From Carcharhinus longimanus (lineage: Eukaryota): a stretch of 64,000 nt of DNA. The notes beneath the pieces are model-generated. The model ran no database searches. It was not told the origin of the DNA and worked only from the letters and a program-made list of their open reading frames with translations. Position 1 is the stretch's first letter; each line of letters begins with the position of its first letter. This document shows positions 11,661 through 24,744 of the stretch, one piece after another. The DNA lies in contig JASCQW010000133.1 in NCBI GenBank assembly GCA_030264375.1, positions 31,923,290 through 31,987,289 on the forward strand, given 5' to 3'. The position numbers and the translations under genes are program-made.

Positions 11661-14600
11661 CTCCTACACTTGATGTTGTTATTGCTGACAATAGGCATGC
11701 TTGGAGTTCAATTCATCAATTATAGGCTTGTTTTCATGTTTAAAAGAACTAAGGCTACCAAACAGTGATCTGTTATTTGTGTCTTTTTTTATTTTTGTGG
11801 CTTGCATTGTAGATTTGAAATAATCACTTATGGACTTGTTTTCATAATTTACAAAACAGTGAGTAATGATATATGTACTTGTACTTTTTTGGGTTTCTGT
11901 ACTCTGCATTATGGATTTGAACTCATTAATTACTAGCTTTTTTCATAAGTTAAAAGGCAGTGCAGCAGTGAGTTGTATACTTTTCTCTATTTTTGTGGCT
12001 GGCGTTGTGTAAGCAGAGATTGGGCAGGGTCAGGAGGGCAATGATGTATTGAGGCGGGGCTCAGCATCATTAAGAGGTGGGACTTGATGTCATTGGGTGT
12101 GGAGCACCACATCACCAGGGGATGGTGTGACATCATGGGGTCCCCCGTCATTAAGCAGATTGTGGGACCCCCACAAATGCAAGTCCACCTCTGCTCAGAC
12201 CTGAACTAGTTCCAGCTATGACTTGTTGAGTTGAAGTAATCTTTGCTACTCTACTTGTATCCTAACCATTCATCAGCTTCATTTGATTCTTCCCAACTTA
12301 CTTCTTCCTTATGAATCTCTGAAGCTAAAACATGATCTATGTAGAAATATAACACACTACCAAACATCCTGACCAAATATGTGAGGACCACATTTTTGTG
12401 ACTCTTCCTGATAGCCACTTTAACTATTTATGAAGATGATCTTTCACCTTAACCTTCTGGTTTAACTTCAAACTTTGTTTTCTCATTCTACTCCTATCAT
12501 GGTTCTCTTTTTGACTAGATTGTTGCTCCTCTACTGCCCCTTTGATCTTTAATGGGACCCCGCACTTTCCTTGGTTATCCTCTTGCTCTTAATATACTAC
12601 TTCATGCTGACAACAATTGGATTTCAATTCTCTCAATTATAGGCTTGTTTTCATATGTTAAAAAGAACTAAAACCGCGAAGCAGTGATTTGTTATTTGTG
12701 TTTTTTTTGTATTTTTGTGGCTTGCATTGTAGATTTGAATTAATCAATTACTCTTTTTTTGACTAGATTGTTGCTCCCCTATTGGCTGTGCTACATGTGG
12801 CTTCAATCATTAAAATCTCATCCTAAGCTGTCTTCAAAGAATCAATTCAGCTGACATTCAGCCAGTAGTGCAAGGTGTGTTACAATAAATAAACAAAAAA
12901 TTCCCAGTTTGTGATTCAATGAAAACTGACATTCCAATTTGTATCTAAGAATTATTTAACATGAGCACACTTAACAATTTATACTGTACGCTCTGCTGCT
13001 CCAGAATGATAGGGTGGAACTCGTGTGTTTTACTCCAATTATTCTCATGAATTTTACAAACTTACGAACAAAACTGAAATCTGCTGTTGGACACAATTTC
13101 CTCCAGGAACCAATAAGCAACAAACAAGCCATGAAAAATATCCAGTCTGCTGGTGGCCTGATTCATCAGGAACTAGTTCAAAACATTATCTATCACCAGG
13201 AATAGCTGTTGTTCTTCAAATTCTGCAAGATTTGTGCATAGCTACAGTCTAGTTGGCCATTTCCTTGGTTGCAAAAGTACCAATAATGGCTTCTTTTCTA
13301 CTGCTTGGCATGTTCTGCATTGTTTCATTGCATCTTCTTTGTCTTTACTTAAAGTTGGCCACCAAAGATAGCTTCTTGCTAGATTCTTTGTTAAGCTCCT
13401 CCCAAAGTCTTGATTATGAAGATTAGGTGGCAACTGCAATCTGCATTACTCAGGAATTGCAATTCTGGCTCTCCAAAGAAATGCAACCTTTAAACACTGA
13501 CACCTCATTCTACTGCATAAAAGTAGTCCAATTTCTAAATCCAGTATTTGTGTTGGTCACCCATTTGCAATATAGTATATATACCCTTGCTAACACAGGA
13601 TTCCTATGGGTTATTTTATCAATATCATCAGCTGTTCCTTGCAACTCATTAATGTGTGAAAAGAAAACATCTTCCATGTTTATGGACGAAAAGGTATTGG
13701 TTTAGGTTAGTGGGTCATTGTTTTAACTGGTCGGCGCAACATCATGGGCCGAAGGGCCTGTTCTACGCTGTAATGTTCTATGTTGTCTATAACTTGGATG
13801 GGAGGCTTATCTACACAATGCATCAGCATTACAATGTCTGAATTTAACATTGTACTAAAAGTAGACCAAATCAAAGCCCACATCTATAGTTGGGCTGCGG
13901 CTTAGGTGTGTCCTGGAATTCAATGCAGTTGTCCTTGGCTTATAATCAGTTTACATCATGAAACTATAACCATAGAAGCATTTATGAAATATTCTGAAGT
14001 CAAAAGTCAAAGATAATGCTTTATCTTTTGAGCATAACTTCACTCACTGGCACTAGTGTGACGGTACGTGAGTGTAATGCAATTGATCTCATCTGATCCA
14101 ACACAGAGATCACAGCACCTAGGCATCACATGCTGGATTAATCTTTTTGAACACATTGTAATGTTCAAGCATTCTACCATCTTCCAATTTACGACACATC
14201 TTGAATGCTTTGTCACATTCCTATGTCCAATTTCACAGAACATCCTTTCTCCACTATTCAATAAGGTTGCCAAATTTGATAACAATTTATTATACAACTA
14301 AGTAACCCCCAAAAAGATCCAAGTCCAGAGATATGCTGAGATGTGGGACACTTTTTACAGCTTGAAACCTACTTTTGGTAAGATGTAACCCATGTTTCTC
14401 TCCCTTCTGACCCAAATATTCTACAGAATTTTTAAGCACGTCACATTTGCCTTTGCCCAAACTCTATACTTTCCCAAACACTAGAGCACTTTTATCAGCC
14501 GGGCATCATGGGTCTGTCTGTCTGGAGCTCAAATAAGTACATCATCCAAATGGCATACTGCTCCTGGAATTCATTGCAAAATTTGGTTGATAATCCCTTG

Positions 14601-14989
14601 AAACTTCCAAACAGCAGCCTGAAGTAGACTGTATTAATGACTTAGACTCATCATCTAACTGAAGTTGCGGACAGATGTTTATCAGATATAACTTTTGAAA
14701 AAATGTGGCTTCATGACAACATTGTGAACAAATCTCCCACATTTGACAAAGTAACAGGTAGATTACGTTCTAGTACCTGATTTACCTTGCAATCACCACA
14801 TTATGATTTAGTCCAAAGCCAAAAGTTTTTGGTAAGATCCACTTAGGGAACTGCATATCTGCCTAAATTGGTTTATTCCTGGTTTGATTTATATATATGA
14901 GTACTGTTACACGTGTCAGGATTAAACATGAATACTATTTGTACAATAATAACCAAGTATAACCAAGAAACTACAAAGGGTCAAGAACG

Positions 14990-15590
14990 AAGCCCAGTCC
15001 ATCAGTCAAACCAACTTCCCATCCATTGACACTCCTTGAGAAAAGCAGCCAGAATAATTAAGGACCCCATGCACCTCATACTCTCTTACACCTTCTATCA
15101 GGAAAAAGATACAAAAGTCTGAGATCACGTACAACCAATTCAAGAACAGCCTCTTCCCTGTTGCCATCAGACTTTTGAATGGACCTATCTCTTATTAAGT
15201 TGATTTTTCTCTACATCCTAGCTATGACTGTAACACTACATTCTGCACTCTTTCCTTTCCTTCTCTATGAACAATATGATTTGTCTGAATTGTGCCCAAG
15301 AAACAATATGTTTCACTCTATGTCAAAACGTGACAATAATAAATCAAATCANNNNNNNNNNNNNNNNNNNNNNNNNNNNNNNNNNNNNNNNNNNNNNNNN
15401 NNNNNNNNNNNNNNNNNNNNNNNNNNNNNNNNNNNNNNNNNNNNNNNNNNNTAGCTATGACTGTAACACTACATTCTGCACTCTTTCCTTTCCTTCTCTA
15501 TGAACAATATGCTTTGTCTGAATTGTGCCCAAGAAACAATATGTTTCACTCTATGTCAAAACGTGACAATAATAAATCAAATCAAAATCA
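14990..15590 (+). mobile_element. Rex1/Babar-type LINE 3' end
   Basis: SGKRYKSLRSR...FKNSLFPVAIRLLN; (TCAAA)n tail after AATAAA. Confidence 0.65.
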
Positions 15591-16084
15591 ATAAAGTATA
15601 AAACAGTTGATATGAATTCAGAGGGCATGGATTCTGCCTGTCCAATCTCCTAAGCTTTAATGTGGAAATGGCAACCCAGGTGGAAAGTGACAGGCCGGAA
15701 ATTTAGTTTTCCTAATCTTCCAAAAGGCATTTGATGTATTTCTACTATTGAACTCAAAATATTAGGCAATGGATAAGAAATTGTTTCCTAACCTTTAGCT
15801 GCTGAACACCAGAGCTTGGCTTTAGGGCGATTACTATTACCAATTTACATGAATTACTTTGTTACAGTCACCACATATCAATACATTTTAAAAAGAAATT
15901 TGAACTCCCAGTTAATAGCTGAAAGGCTGACAGGATTTCACGATTTTAAGACTTTTACTACAAAAAAAGACTATAAATACTTACGAATTAAACACCATTT
16001 TTGGAAGCAACTTATACTTTAATCCATAAAACAAGAACATTCCACTTTTTCGATTAGTACAACTAAAAACTCACTTCAAAGATT

Positions 16085-16550
16085 TTTTTAAAAATTAATT
16101 TGCTTATGAGATGCAGGGATCACTGGCAAAGCCAGTATTTCCTGCCCCTCCGTAATTGCCCTCGTGTAGGTAGTGGTGAGCTGCCTTCCATGTGATGTAG
16201 GTACAGCCATGGTGCTACTGGGGAGGGAGCTCCAGGATTTTGACCCAATAGCAGTGAAGGAAAGGCAATATAGTTCCAAATCAGAATGGCATACGACTTG
16301 GAGGGGAACTTGCAGGTGGTGGTGTTTCCTTGCATTTGCTACCCTCGTCCTTCTAGGTGGTAGAGATTACGGTTTGGAATGTGTTGTGGAAGGAACTTTG
16401 GCAAGTTACTACAGCGAGTCTTTAAATGACACACACTGCTGCCATTGTGCGGTGGTGGGAGTGAGTATTGATGTGGTAGATGGGGTTAAAATCAAATGGT
16501 TTGCTTTATCCTAGATGGCATTGAACTTCTTGAATGTTTTTGGAGCTGCA
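16085..16550 (-). mobile_element. CR1/L2-group LINE 3' end
   Basis: Shares sequence with 53380-53800 (GGAGGGGAACTTGCAGG...CTTCTAGGT). Confidence 0.55.
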
Positions 16551-17266
16551 CTAAAGCTATACTTCACATTTTCCTTTTTGTGGACAGTGAACTGAGGCTG
16601 GAAACTTTTAATCCCACCATTACCCTGTTCATTCCCACCACTATCCCCCCACCACCCCCAAGATATTCTTCCTCTAATGCAAGCCAGGAGCATCTTCCAG
16701 CTTCATTTTAATTCTTTGTGAATTTGGTTTTTTTTCAGTCTGACTGTGAGCTGCACCCACATTCCTGCCTGGGGAACCACAGCGTCTTGCTGCCGATCGC
16801 TGCTTTCCCTCTCCCGGATCCTGGCAGACTAAGTTGTCAGGGAAATCTTAAGACCCTTGACCTCTCAAGGTCCACCTCCATGGCAACATGAATTACAGGA
16901 GGCCTTGCATCCAAATCCTTTGGGACCCCAACTTTCTTTTGTAACACAAATAAATGGACAATTTAAAGCACAACCGTTTACATCCCAACACTGGAGACTC
17001 TCAGTCTATTATCTATAAACACACAGGCAGTTGCCATTCTCTCAAAGTGTAAACACTTTGCACCTTCTTCGCAACAAAATAATCTGGGCCCTCTTTAACC
17101 TCTTACAATCAAACCACATGCTGCCAGGCAGGTTTGAGAACTGGTCACATAACTCTAACTTCACAGTCAGAAAACAATCTTATAAACCTCATAATAGTAA
17201 TAATTTGGATTCACAAACACATTGAAAAGTGGTCAAGTTTGCAGACGGGCCGGTGAATTTGAACTA

Positions 17267-17514
17267 GGTAAAAAGTCTGACAACACCAGGTTTCAGTCCA
17301 ACCGATTTATTTGATAGTAAATTCACTAGCTTTCGGGTTAGNNNNNNNNNNNNNNNNNNNNNNNNNNNNNNNNNNNNNNNNNNNNNNNNNNNNNNNNNNN
17401 NNNNNNNNNNNNNNNNNNNNNNNNNNNNNNNNNNNNNNNNNGTTGGACTGAAACCTGGTGTTGTCAGACTTTTTACTGTGTTTACCCCAGTCCAACGCCG
17501 GCATATCCACATCA
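17267..17514. mobile_element. Young Penelope-like insertion with inverted ends and 13-bp TSD (centre is an N gap)
   Basis: AAAAAGTCTGACAACACCAGGTTTCAGTCCAAC and its reverse complement on either side of the gap; TGAATTTGAACTA at 17254-17266 and 17515-17527. Confidence 0.75.
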
Positions 17515-19849
17515 TGAATTTGAACTAAGCAGCTCATAAATTACAGAATGAGTTCACTAAAATTTTTAAGTTGGGAGCACAATGGCAGATGAACTTCATT
17601 GCTGATAATGAGATGAACTGCAATTAGGGAAACATTGCCTACATAATTCATAAATAAATTCTTATCTACTCTTTAGTTCTTTGAAACTGCAAAGGCAGTT
17701 TGCAGAACTGTTTTTGGGTAGTAAAGATTCACCAGTTAAAATTTATATTTCAGGAAAAGGTAAACTTAACCACTTCCTGGTTTGACAGGTCAACCAGATG
17801 AGTGGATTCAGCAAAGGCTGTGGGCCCTGAAAACATTGACCCTCTTAACATTTGTTATTTCTGTTCACATGTTGAAATATTGACATTGTTGAGGATGACT
17901 CAGTTCAGCAGGCAAAGCAAATTATAAGCAGTGTATTTTTTGGGGCAAATGAACCATTGCACTGAGGATGATTCGTATCTTAAGCAAGGGAAATTTTGTT
18001 ACATTGGAAGCCTAGATAATAAGCCCGAGAAATTTGACTACACAGCACCTAAATAAATACTCAGACACTAAATGGTTTCCCAAACTTCCAATATAGTGGG
18101 CAAGAAGTGTAAACACAACACAAGCTGAAATTGTGGCATCTATTAGGAAAGGCCAAAAAAATCAACATTCACTGCTTGAATGGCGTTAGGCCATTTATAT
18201 TTGCAAATAATAGGCTTAACATCTGTTCATGGGTCATCCCTACAAGATTGGTTTGTCCTGAGGCTCAAAACTAACTGCACTTGTGAAAACTGGGTGTACA
18301 AATGGACTAACTGATGATACTAGCCTCAATTGAAAAGCCAGGTTTCTAAAATATACATATCCAAATGTGAAGATGGAGGAGTAGGAATGCCCAGATTGCT
18401 ATCATTACCTCCCCCAAAACCACTCCTATTTCCCCTCTAACCTAGTCACTTCATCCCAATCCACTTTAATTACTTACTTGTTGCATGCTGCGAGCATTGC
18501 AGCTGGCAGTTTCCCAACCTTCTTTGCTCATGATCACAGGAGCATTCAGTTTCCATATTTCCTTGGATCAGAAACTTGCACCTTTATGTACGTGACATAC
18601 GAGGAGCAGCATGCCATACAATTAACAATTCACTCTTTTACTGAAACAGAGGGTTTGAAGAAGCCCACCATACATCTTGCACTCCCTGAAAATGCAGAAA
18701 ATACCACGCTATAAGACCGCATGTTCAGGCTAAATCTAATGATCAAATTTATTTACACCATATTTAATTACACAGAAGCAAGAGATTATACAGCCGATAA
18801 TTTGCAATACAAAGCTTGATTTACATACTACTTTAAACTTCCTGTATCCAAAATAATAGTTTGAAATCAGATTCCTTTATGGAATTATTTTAATGAGTCT
18901 TTAATGATCATAATGTGGGTACATCTCTGCCTCCTGCAGTTGTCTCATTCATGTGAATCAGAAACAAATGACTAAAATTGGAGGTGCAGAATAGGGAAAG
19001 TTAAGCACACTTGTACTTTGATACACTGAACGTTGCCATTCAAGAAGAAAGCAGTTTTTCTGCACTCAGCATGTTCCTTTGAAGAAACCCTTCAATTTTT
19101 TTTCCCTCAGAAGCCTGGTAATTATACAAATAATTATTTCTATCACTTAAAATGATAGGATGTGGACAACAGTCTATTAGCTGACTTTAGATCAGGACTA
19201 AATACTTTGGAATCATCACCTGCCATGAAACCCTCTTAATAACTGTAGTAATCTTAAACAAGCTCTTTCACTGCTATAGTGAAATATTAGCACACATTAC
19301 AATTTGAGCAGCCTGAGGTACAAGCCAAAGAAATCCGATTAAATTCTGGTTACAGACCAATAACAGGTTGCTTGCCCTTAGGACGAATAGCTATCACTGT
19401 AAGGATGACATACTTATACCATGCAAGGACAAAATAATTTATCTTGAAGTGCAGCCAAAAGATTTGTTTTAAAATCACATTATTTTGACATGTCAAAAGC
19501 TCATATGAAAAAGATATAATTGTAATTTTATGATTTAAAAACTAGACTTTGCATCTGTCATGTACAATCCTGTGGAAGGAGCTGAACAGTGTTCTTACTC
19601 TGGCTTTCCAATTGTTTCAAATTTAACATAAACCATTCCTGCAGTGTGATACTTGAATAGAAACACATAAGGTGCCCTGAGGTCCAAGGATATAACACAA
19701 ATATTTTAATCCAGTGCATAATCAACTAGATATTTGATTGAATCTCTGCCCTCACAAGAGTATTTATAGGTCTTGCAGAATTCCTGCAGAACGATTAGAA
19801 AGTATTAATTCTGTTCTTACATATTCCTTATAATGAAGCAAAAACATCA

Positions 19850-21240
19850 AATGTCTCTTCACAGAGTGGCAGTTGGCCTGAATGGAAGTAAGGAAGAGTG
19901 AAAGAAAATGGGAGCAATTATAATTGGAAGGACAGATGTGAATAAAGTTTTGAAGTTGGGAGAGATATGGTAAAATAGATGGATTTGCAAAGAGAACTGT
20001 AGAGTCTTGGAGAAAATTGTATAAAGGTTGATCATGAGTAATAAGTAGGATGCCTGGGAGGCTAACAGAAAGCTGGAGGGCGTGAGCAAAAGGTAAACTG
20101 CAGCATGGCCAAGAATTTGTTAACTAGGACAAGGCTTTTGAAACTGATGGACTGGCAGATGCACAGATATTTATAAAGATAAACAAATGAAATTTACTGT
20201 GAGATAGAAGGTTGACAAAGGAGTTTTTGAAGAATTAGAAATACAAGCAGAATGTTAGAAATTACAAACATAGAGAAGGTTTTTATCAACTTTTATGATC
20301 AGATAGAAAGATGATATTTCAGGGGTTAGTTTTTTTTAGTTGAACTGAATTTAAAGCTCAACTTGGATGAATGAACAGTTTACGCACAATTGGATTCATC
20401 TTGAGGGACCAGTTAGAAAGGGAGGTTGGGATAAGGGGGCAAAAAGTGCTTGGTTTTTGGGTGAAATCAAAACTGGGGGGCGGGGGGTGGCATTTTAAGG
20501 CCTTGCTCATCCTGAAACCATAAAATCTCACCCAACGTCAACAGACCTTTTCATTGTCTGCCCCCACTTCAATTCCTGGGGCGGGCAGTAAAATTCCAAC
20601 GTGGATCTTTTTTGTCTTGGTAATATTAAATGCAGGAAGATTTTGAAGAGTCATGCACACATCAACACTGCTGGAATTAAAGGTGAGCTTGAAGAGGTAA
20701 AGCTGGGTATCACTTGTATTATATATGAGAATTAATTGCATGTATATTGTCTAGTATTCCCAATATGTGATATTACCACTTAGATGATGACTGGGGATTG
20801 TGCAAAGGATGGGAATTTGGGATACTCTGGCAGAGATTGCAAAGATGCAAGAAATGCTGACTAAAGTTGGATAGATAGGAATGGAATCAATGATGATGAT
20901 GCTTTGTAGTTGTATTAGAGGCTCAGGCAGCCGAGAAAGACAACATGATCAACCCTACTGAAAAATAGGGAGTGATTGAAAAGGGATAATGGACTTTTAA
21001 TTGCGATCAAGCATGAGGATTGCTGCAGTCTTAGTTAAGGTAGAAATCAGGCTAAAGGTGCTGAGACATGAATTGATGGGAAAAGACCAGAGACTGATAA
21101 TAATGATACATTAGAGGACATTAGAAAGGAAGGGAAAGTTGGAGATGCGATAGTGGTTAATGTAATGCAGGAGTTGAAGGTGGGCTCTTTAAGGGGTAAT
21201 TTATGACAGGAGTTCTGAAAGAATATGTGGTCAAATGAAA
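19850..21240 (-). mobile_element. Decayed L2-type LINE
   Basis: Purine-rich plus strand resembling the L2 copy at 60090-61800. Confidence 0.4.
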
Positions 21241-21299
21241 GGGAGCAGTTAACAATGTTAACAAAAACCAGACTTGGGTTGAGGAAGCAACCTTTCAGT

Positions 21300-21710
21300 C
21301 TCCGTACCAGCTGTGGCCAAGTTAGTAGCATTCTTATCTATGAGTGGTATGTGTTCATGTATCACTCCATAGATGTAAGCATAAAATTTAAGTTGACAAT
21401 TCAGTGCAGCAATGAGGGAGTGCTGAACTATCAATGCACCATCTTTAAGATGAGATGTAAAACCAGGATCCTGTCTAGCCTCTTCGGTTGACCAAATATA
21501 CCATGGCACTATTTTCAAAAGCCTCAGAGGAATTTCTCTTGTGTTCTGGTCAATATTTATATTGAACCAACATCAGAAAACAGATTAGCTGGTCATTCAT
21601 AGATTGCTGATTTTGGAAACTTGCCATGCAAATTCGATGCCATATTCTCTATAGCAGCGACACATTTCAAAAGTACTTAAATGGCTGTGAAGCACTTTGG
21701 ATGTAAATTA
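21300..21710 (+). mobile_element. Deu-domain SINE (SacSINE1/AmnSINE1-like)
   Basis: CAGTGCAGCAATGAGGGAGTGCTG...GATGAGATGTAAAACC...CCATGGCACTATTT. Confidence 0.65.
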
Positions 21711-24616
21711 TTCAATGATACAATTTGAAGATCAAGGTGTCCTTGTGTGGGCCTAGCCAACTTTTATCCATCAGCCAAAGCCACCGGAAATTATCTGGTC
21801 GTTATGCTCTTCGCTATTTGTGAGCCCTTGATGTACACCAAGCATCTTTTGTGTTAGCCTTTGCCACAACAGTGATCAATGACTGCAAGGAATGTAGGGA
21901 TGCCCTTAGGTTGTCAATTCAGTTTTTTAAAATTATGTATAATCTATACTGTACCATAACTCTATTCCAAAAGAACAACCTCCACCACTGTAAAATACCT
22001 ATTTGTCAAACCAGCAATCCCTGTGGTCTCTCTGTTTTGATGACTTGTGTTGAATTATTTTGCATTGAGGACCCACACCAAAATATTGTAAAACTCTCTT
22101 TGCTCCAGGAGTTGAAATATTTTAACTCCTTCTAATCCAAGTTGAATTCAAATAGATGTAGTTTGTAAACACTTGTGCAGTGAACGCTATTGTCTGACAA
22201 GCTCAGTGCAGAATTCCCTCATGTTCTGAATTCAAATGTAGGGAACAACAGGTTGAAAGAATGTTCTCTTGCATATATTTGTGCCTGGAATCTTCCACAC
22301 AATAAATCGCAATTACCAGTAAAGAATACTTCACAACAGCAAGGGGGCAAAAAAAATAGGTTTGCCCTCTGGCAGTCTGGTTTCAAAGTGTCAATGTATT
22401 TCAGCATTAACTTAGGAGTGCTGAGTAATCAAGAGGTCAAAACATATTATAATGAAAAGGGCCTCAAAATCGATGAAGAAAGCAAAAGGCTTTTCACCTA
22501 CAGAGAAACAAATATTTGACGGAAAATGGGTAATCCTAGGATTCTCTCTCTTTTGTACTAAGCCCTTTAGATTTCAGTGGGGAAGGAGTGGAGTGAATCC
22601 TCCCTGCTGGACTTCCACTGTACTTGCACTACTTTGGTGCAAAACCACATTTTGGCTGGCAGCCTCAGGCAGATGCCTCACAAGTCACTTTGCAGGCATG
22701 GTGAATTCATTGATCTCAATCCCAGACAAAGTATGCCTCTACGAATTTGAGAGTCAGTAATGTCACCCTTAGTGAAACATGTTCTGTAGTAGGTGGAGGT
22801 TGCAGTGATGGGATGATGTTCTATATCCAACATGATGTTCAGATGAATGATTGGATGTAGATGTATTGCTGTGATTCCACACACATACTAAAAGTGAAAT
22901 TCACTGATGTGGAGCTAGCATCTGCATCAGGATGATGGGTTGGATGGCTTCAAGTGTTGAAATTTTGACAACTTTTCCAATGCCCACACTGTAATCTTTA
23001 GTTCAGCTCCCATAACTTTTGCTATTGCCAGCTCATGTAGCTTTTGGCTTTTATTGATTTTAAAATGAAGTATAGTTCGGAAAGGCAGCATCTCATTAAT
23101 GTGCGCTGCAAAATTATTATTCGTTTGATTTTTAGTGCTTTCGTGGATTAAATTACAGGCTGCTCCACTGTAAACACAGATTTACCAGATACTGCTATTA
23201 TTATTAGGACAGATCTGAAAAATGTTTGTTAATCATGGTAAAATATTGAACAGATAGATGGGGGAAAACTGTTCATTTTCATTTCTTATAAAACTACTCA
23301 TCTGCATCAAGAAACCTTTTGATTTATATCCGATGGAAAAGATTGAAGTTGTGAAGAGATGCACAATTTCAGTTTCCTGCTGTGGTGTGATTAACGGAAT
23401 AACGTACTCCCACTCAGAGTGCTTACTCATACATTAAAAACAAATTGTGTTAATAACATTCACCCATAGCTCTTTCAAAAGCTTGTTTGTACCAAAGTCC
23501 ATTTGGACTGCTAATTGGAAACAGAAATCATGATATCACTTCTCAATTGGTATCTTACCTGTTTCTACAAGAACTGTCACACTAGCTGTAAAACACAATA
23601 AATAAGAATGACCTAAGAGTAAATGTCGATTGAGTTCCCAGTAGCAATGGAATAATAGATTTAGCACAGATTCTAGCACCATTCTCTTAGGAACAAGGAG
23701 GGGAGCAGTTTAAATGAAACAAAACTTCTGTTTTTTTTAAAGCAGAGGAGGGAATGACTTACCATTGTCCAATATGCCAATTAGATGGGTCCACATTTTT
23801 CCCTAATAATGGTCTGACCACCATTCTAAAGTACTAAATTCCTCTGAGATGGTGGCAGGATTATTGCCGCCTAATTACAATCTGTGTGACTCATGGAGCA
23901 AGTGTGAAGAACTGCATTTCAGAAGAATTTGAACTCATTAATACATTATTATTTTAGCTCCTGCCAGCTGTTTATGGAGGAATGTTGCTCTAATTTGCAC
24001 ACCAAACCACAAGTGCAATTCTACAATAGTCACTCTGCTCCAACAGTAATTCATTTGGTAAAGTGCTTTGAAACATTTCATTGCAATAAGGTGCTTTATA
24101 AAGCAAAATGTTATTAATACTACCATTTTAAAAAGTATCTCAGAGGGACAGATTTATGGTACTCTAGTCAACAGGAAGAAGCAGCCACTGTTATGATAAA
24201 TGCCACGTTTCACATTGGAATAACAGAACTTTTTTCTTCCACATTTCTCTCCTCCTCTCCTGAAAGAGAGGACTCGTGCTGGGAAATGGTTTCATTAAGT
24301 ACCAGCAGCCCACAAATACTTTTCTCAAGTGGTTATTCTTCAAAAGTGAGCCTACAGCGCTGAGGGAAATTGCAGTCAAGCCCAAACCTATTCATACAAT
24401 GCCCACATGTCGACTTTTCAGAAAATTATCACCGGATAGCAATATAGAGTGTGAATATTGACTGTTTTTTTCAGGACCAATTTCAGAAAAAATTGGTCCT
24501 GAAAAAAGTGATCAGGTCATTCTATAGAAACTACTCATTCGTGAAGTTAGGAACTCGGCTTCACACAAGGCTGATAGAAATGTGGAACTTTCTATTACAA
24601 AAAAAAAGTAGATACT

Positions 24617-24744
24617 GGGCGGAATTTTACCGGCACTTTTGCCCAGGTTTTGCACGATCCCGCCCGAGGCCAACGGAGAATGCCATTCTCCGAGCTGAGC
24701 CCGCCCCCGGAATGGGGGGCTGACATGCCAGTAAAATTCCGACC
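24617..24744. mobile_element. 128-bp MITE with 19-bp TIRs inserted in a CR1 3' end
   Basis: GGGCGGAATTTTACCGGCA ... TGCCAGTAAAATTCCGACC (17/19 complementary). Confidence 0.75.

Larger units (their letters stand above)
4433..12193 (+). mobile_element. Decayed hAT (Tip100/ZMYM1-like, DUF4371) DNA transposon; transposase remnant about 5030-8981
   Basis: GLPLRGHDG, RGNFL..LEY, ILVDSTSDVSHVDQLTFILR, GQSFNNA, SHSLN, AFPNMETILKIFLSIPV, TMSQESL...IGDFAKKKCRR*; degenerate TIRs (AAGGGATGGATTT / AAGTCCACCTCTG); degenerate 8-bp TSD ctcagctc/ctcagacc. Confidence 0.85.
4060..14950 (-). mobile_element. Decayed Gypsy/Ty3 (K02A2.6-like) LTR retrotransposon interrupted by a hAT element and other inserts
   Basis: RT motifs (NSVEYLG, YNKLLSNLATLL) at 14250-14750; integrase zinc-finger region ARSYLWWP...C..CQ at 13242-13439; post-integrase KW.SGRV...GP at 12200-12840; polypurine tract GGGGGAGGAG (4175-4185) followed by TG LTR start at 4174. 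Confidence 0.75.

Noticed and set aside
15219-15585. About 130-bp direct repeat around an N gap
   Set aside because: Near-identical overlap on both sides of a 100-N gap; likely unmerged contigs or haplotypes.
22410-22500. Minus-strand acceptor followed by GEKPF (zinc-finger linker-like)
   Set aside because: No C-x2-4-C...H-x3-H pattern follows and the frame stops after 28 codons.
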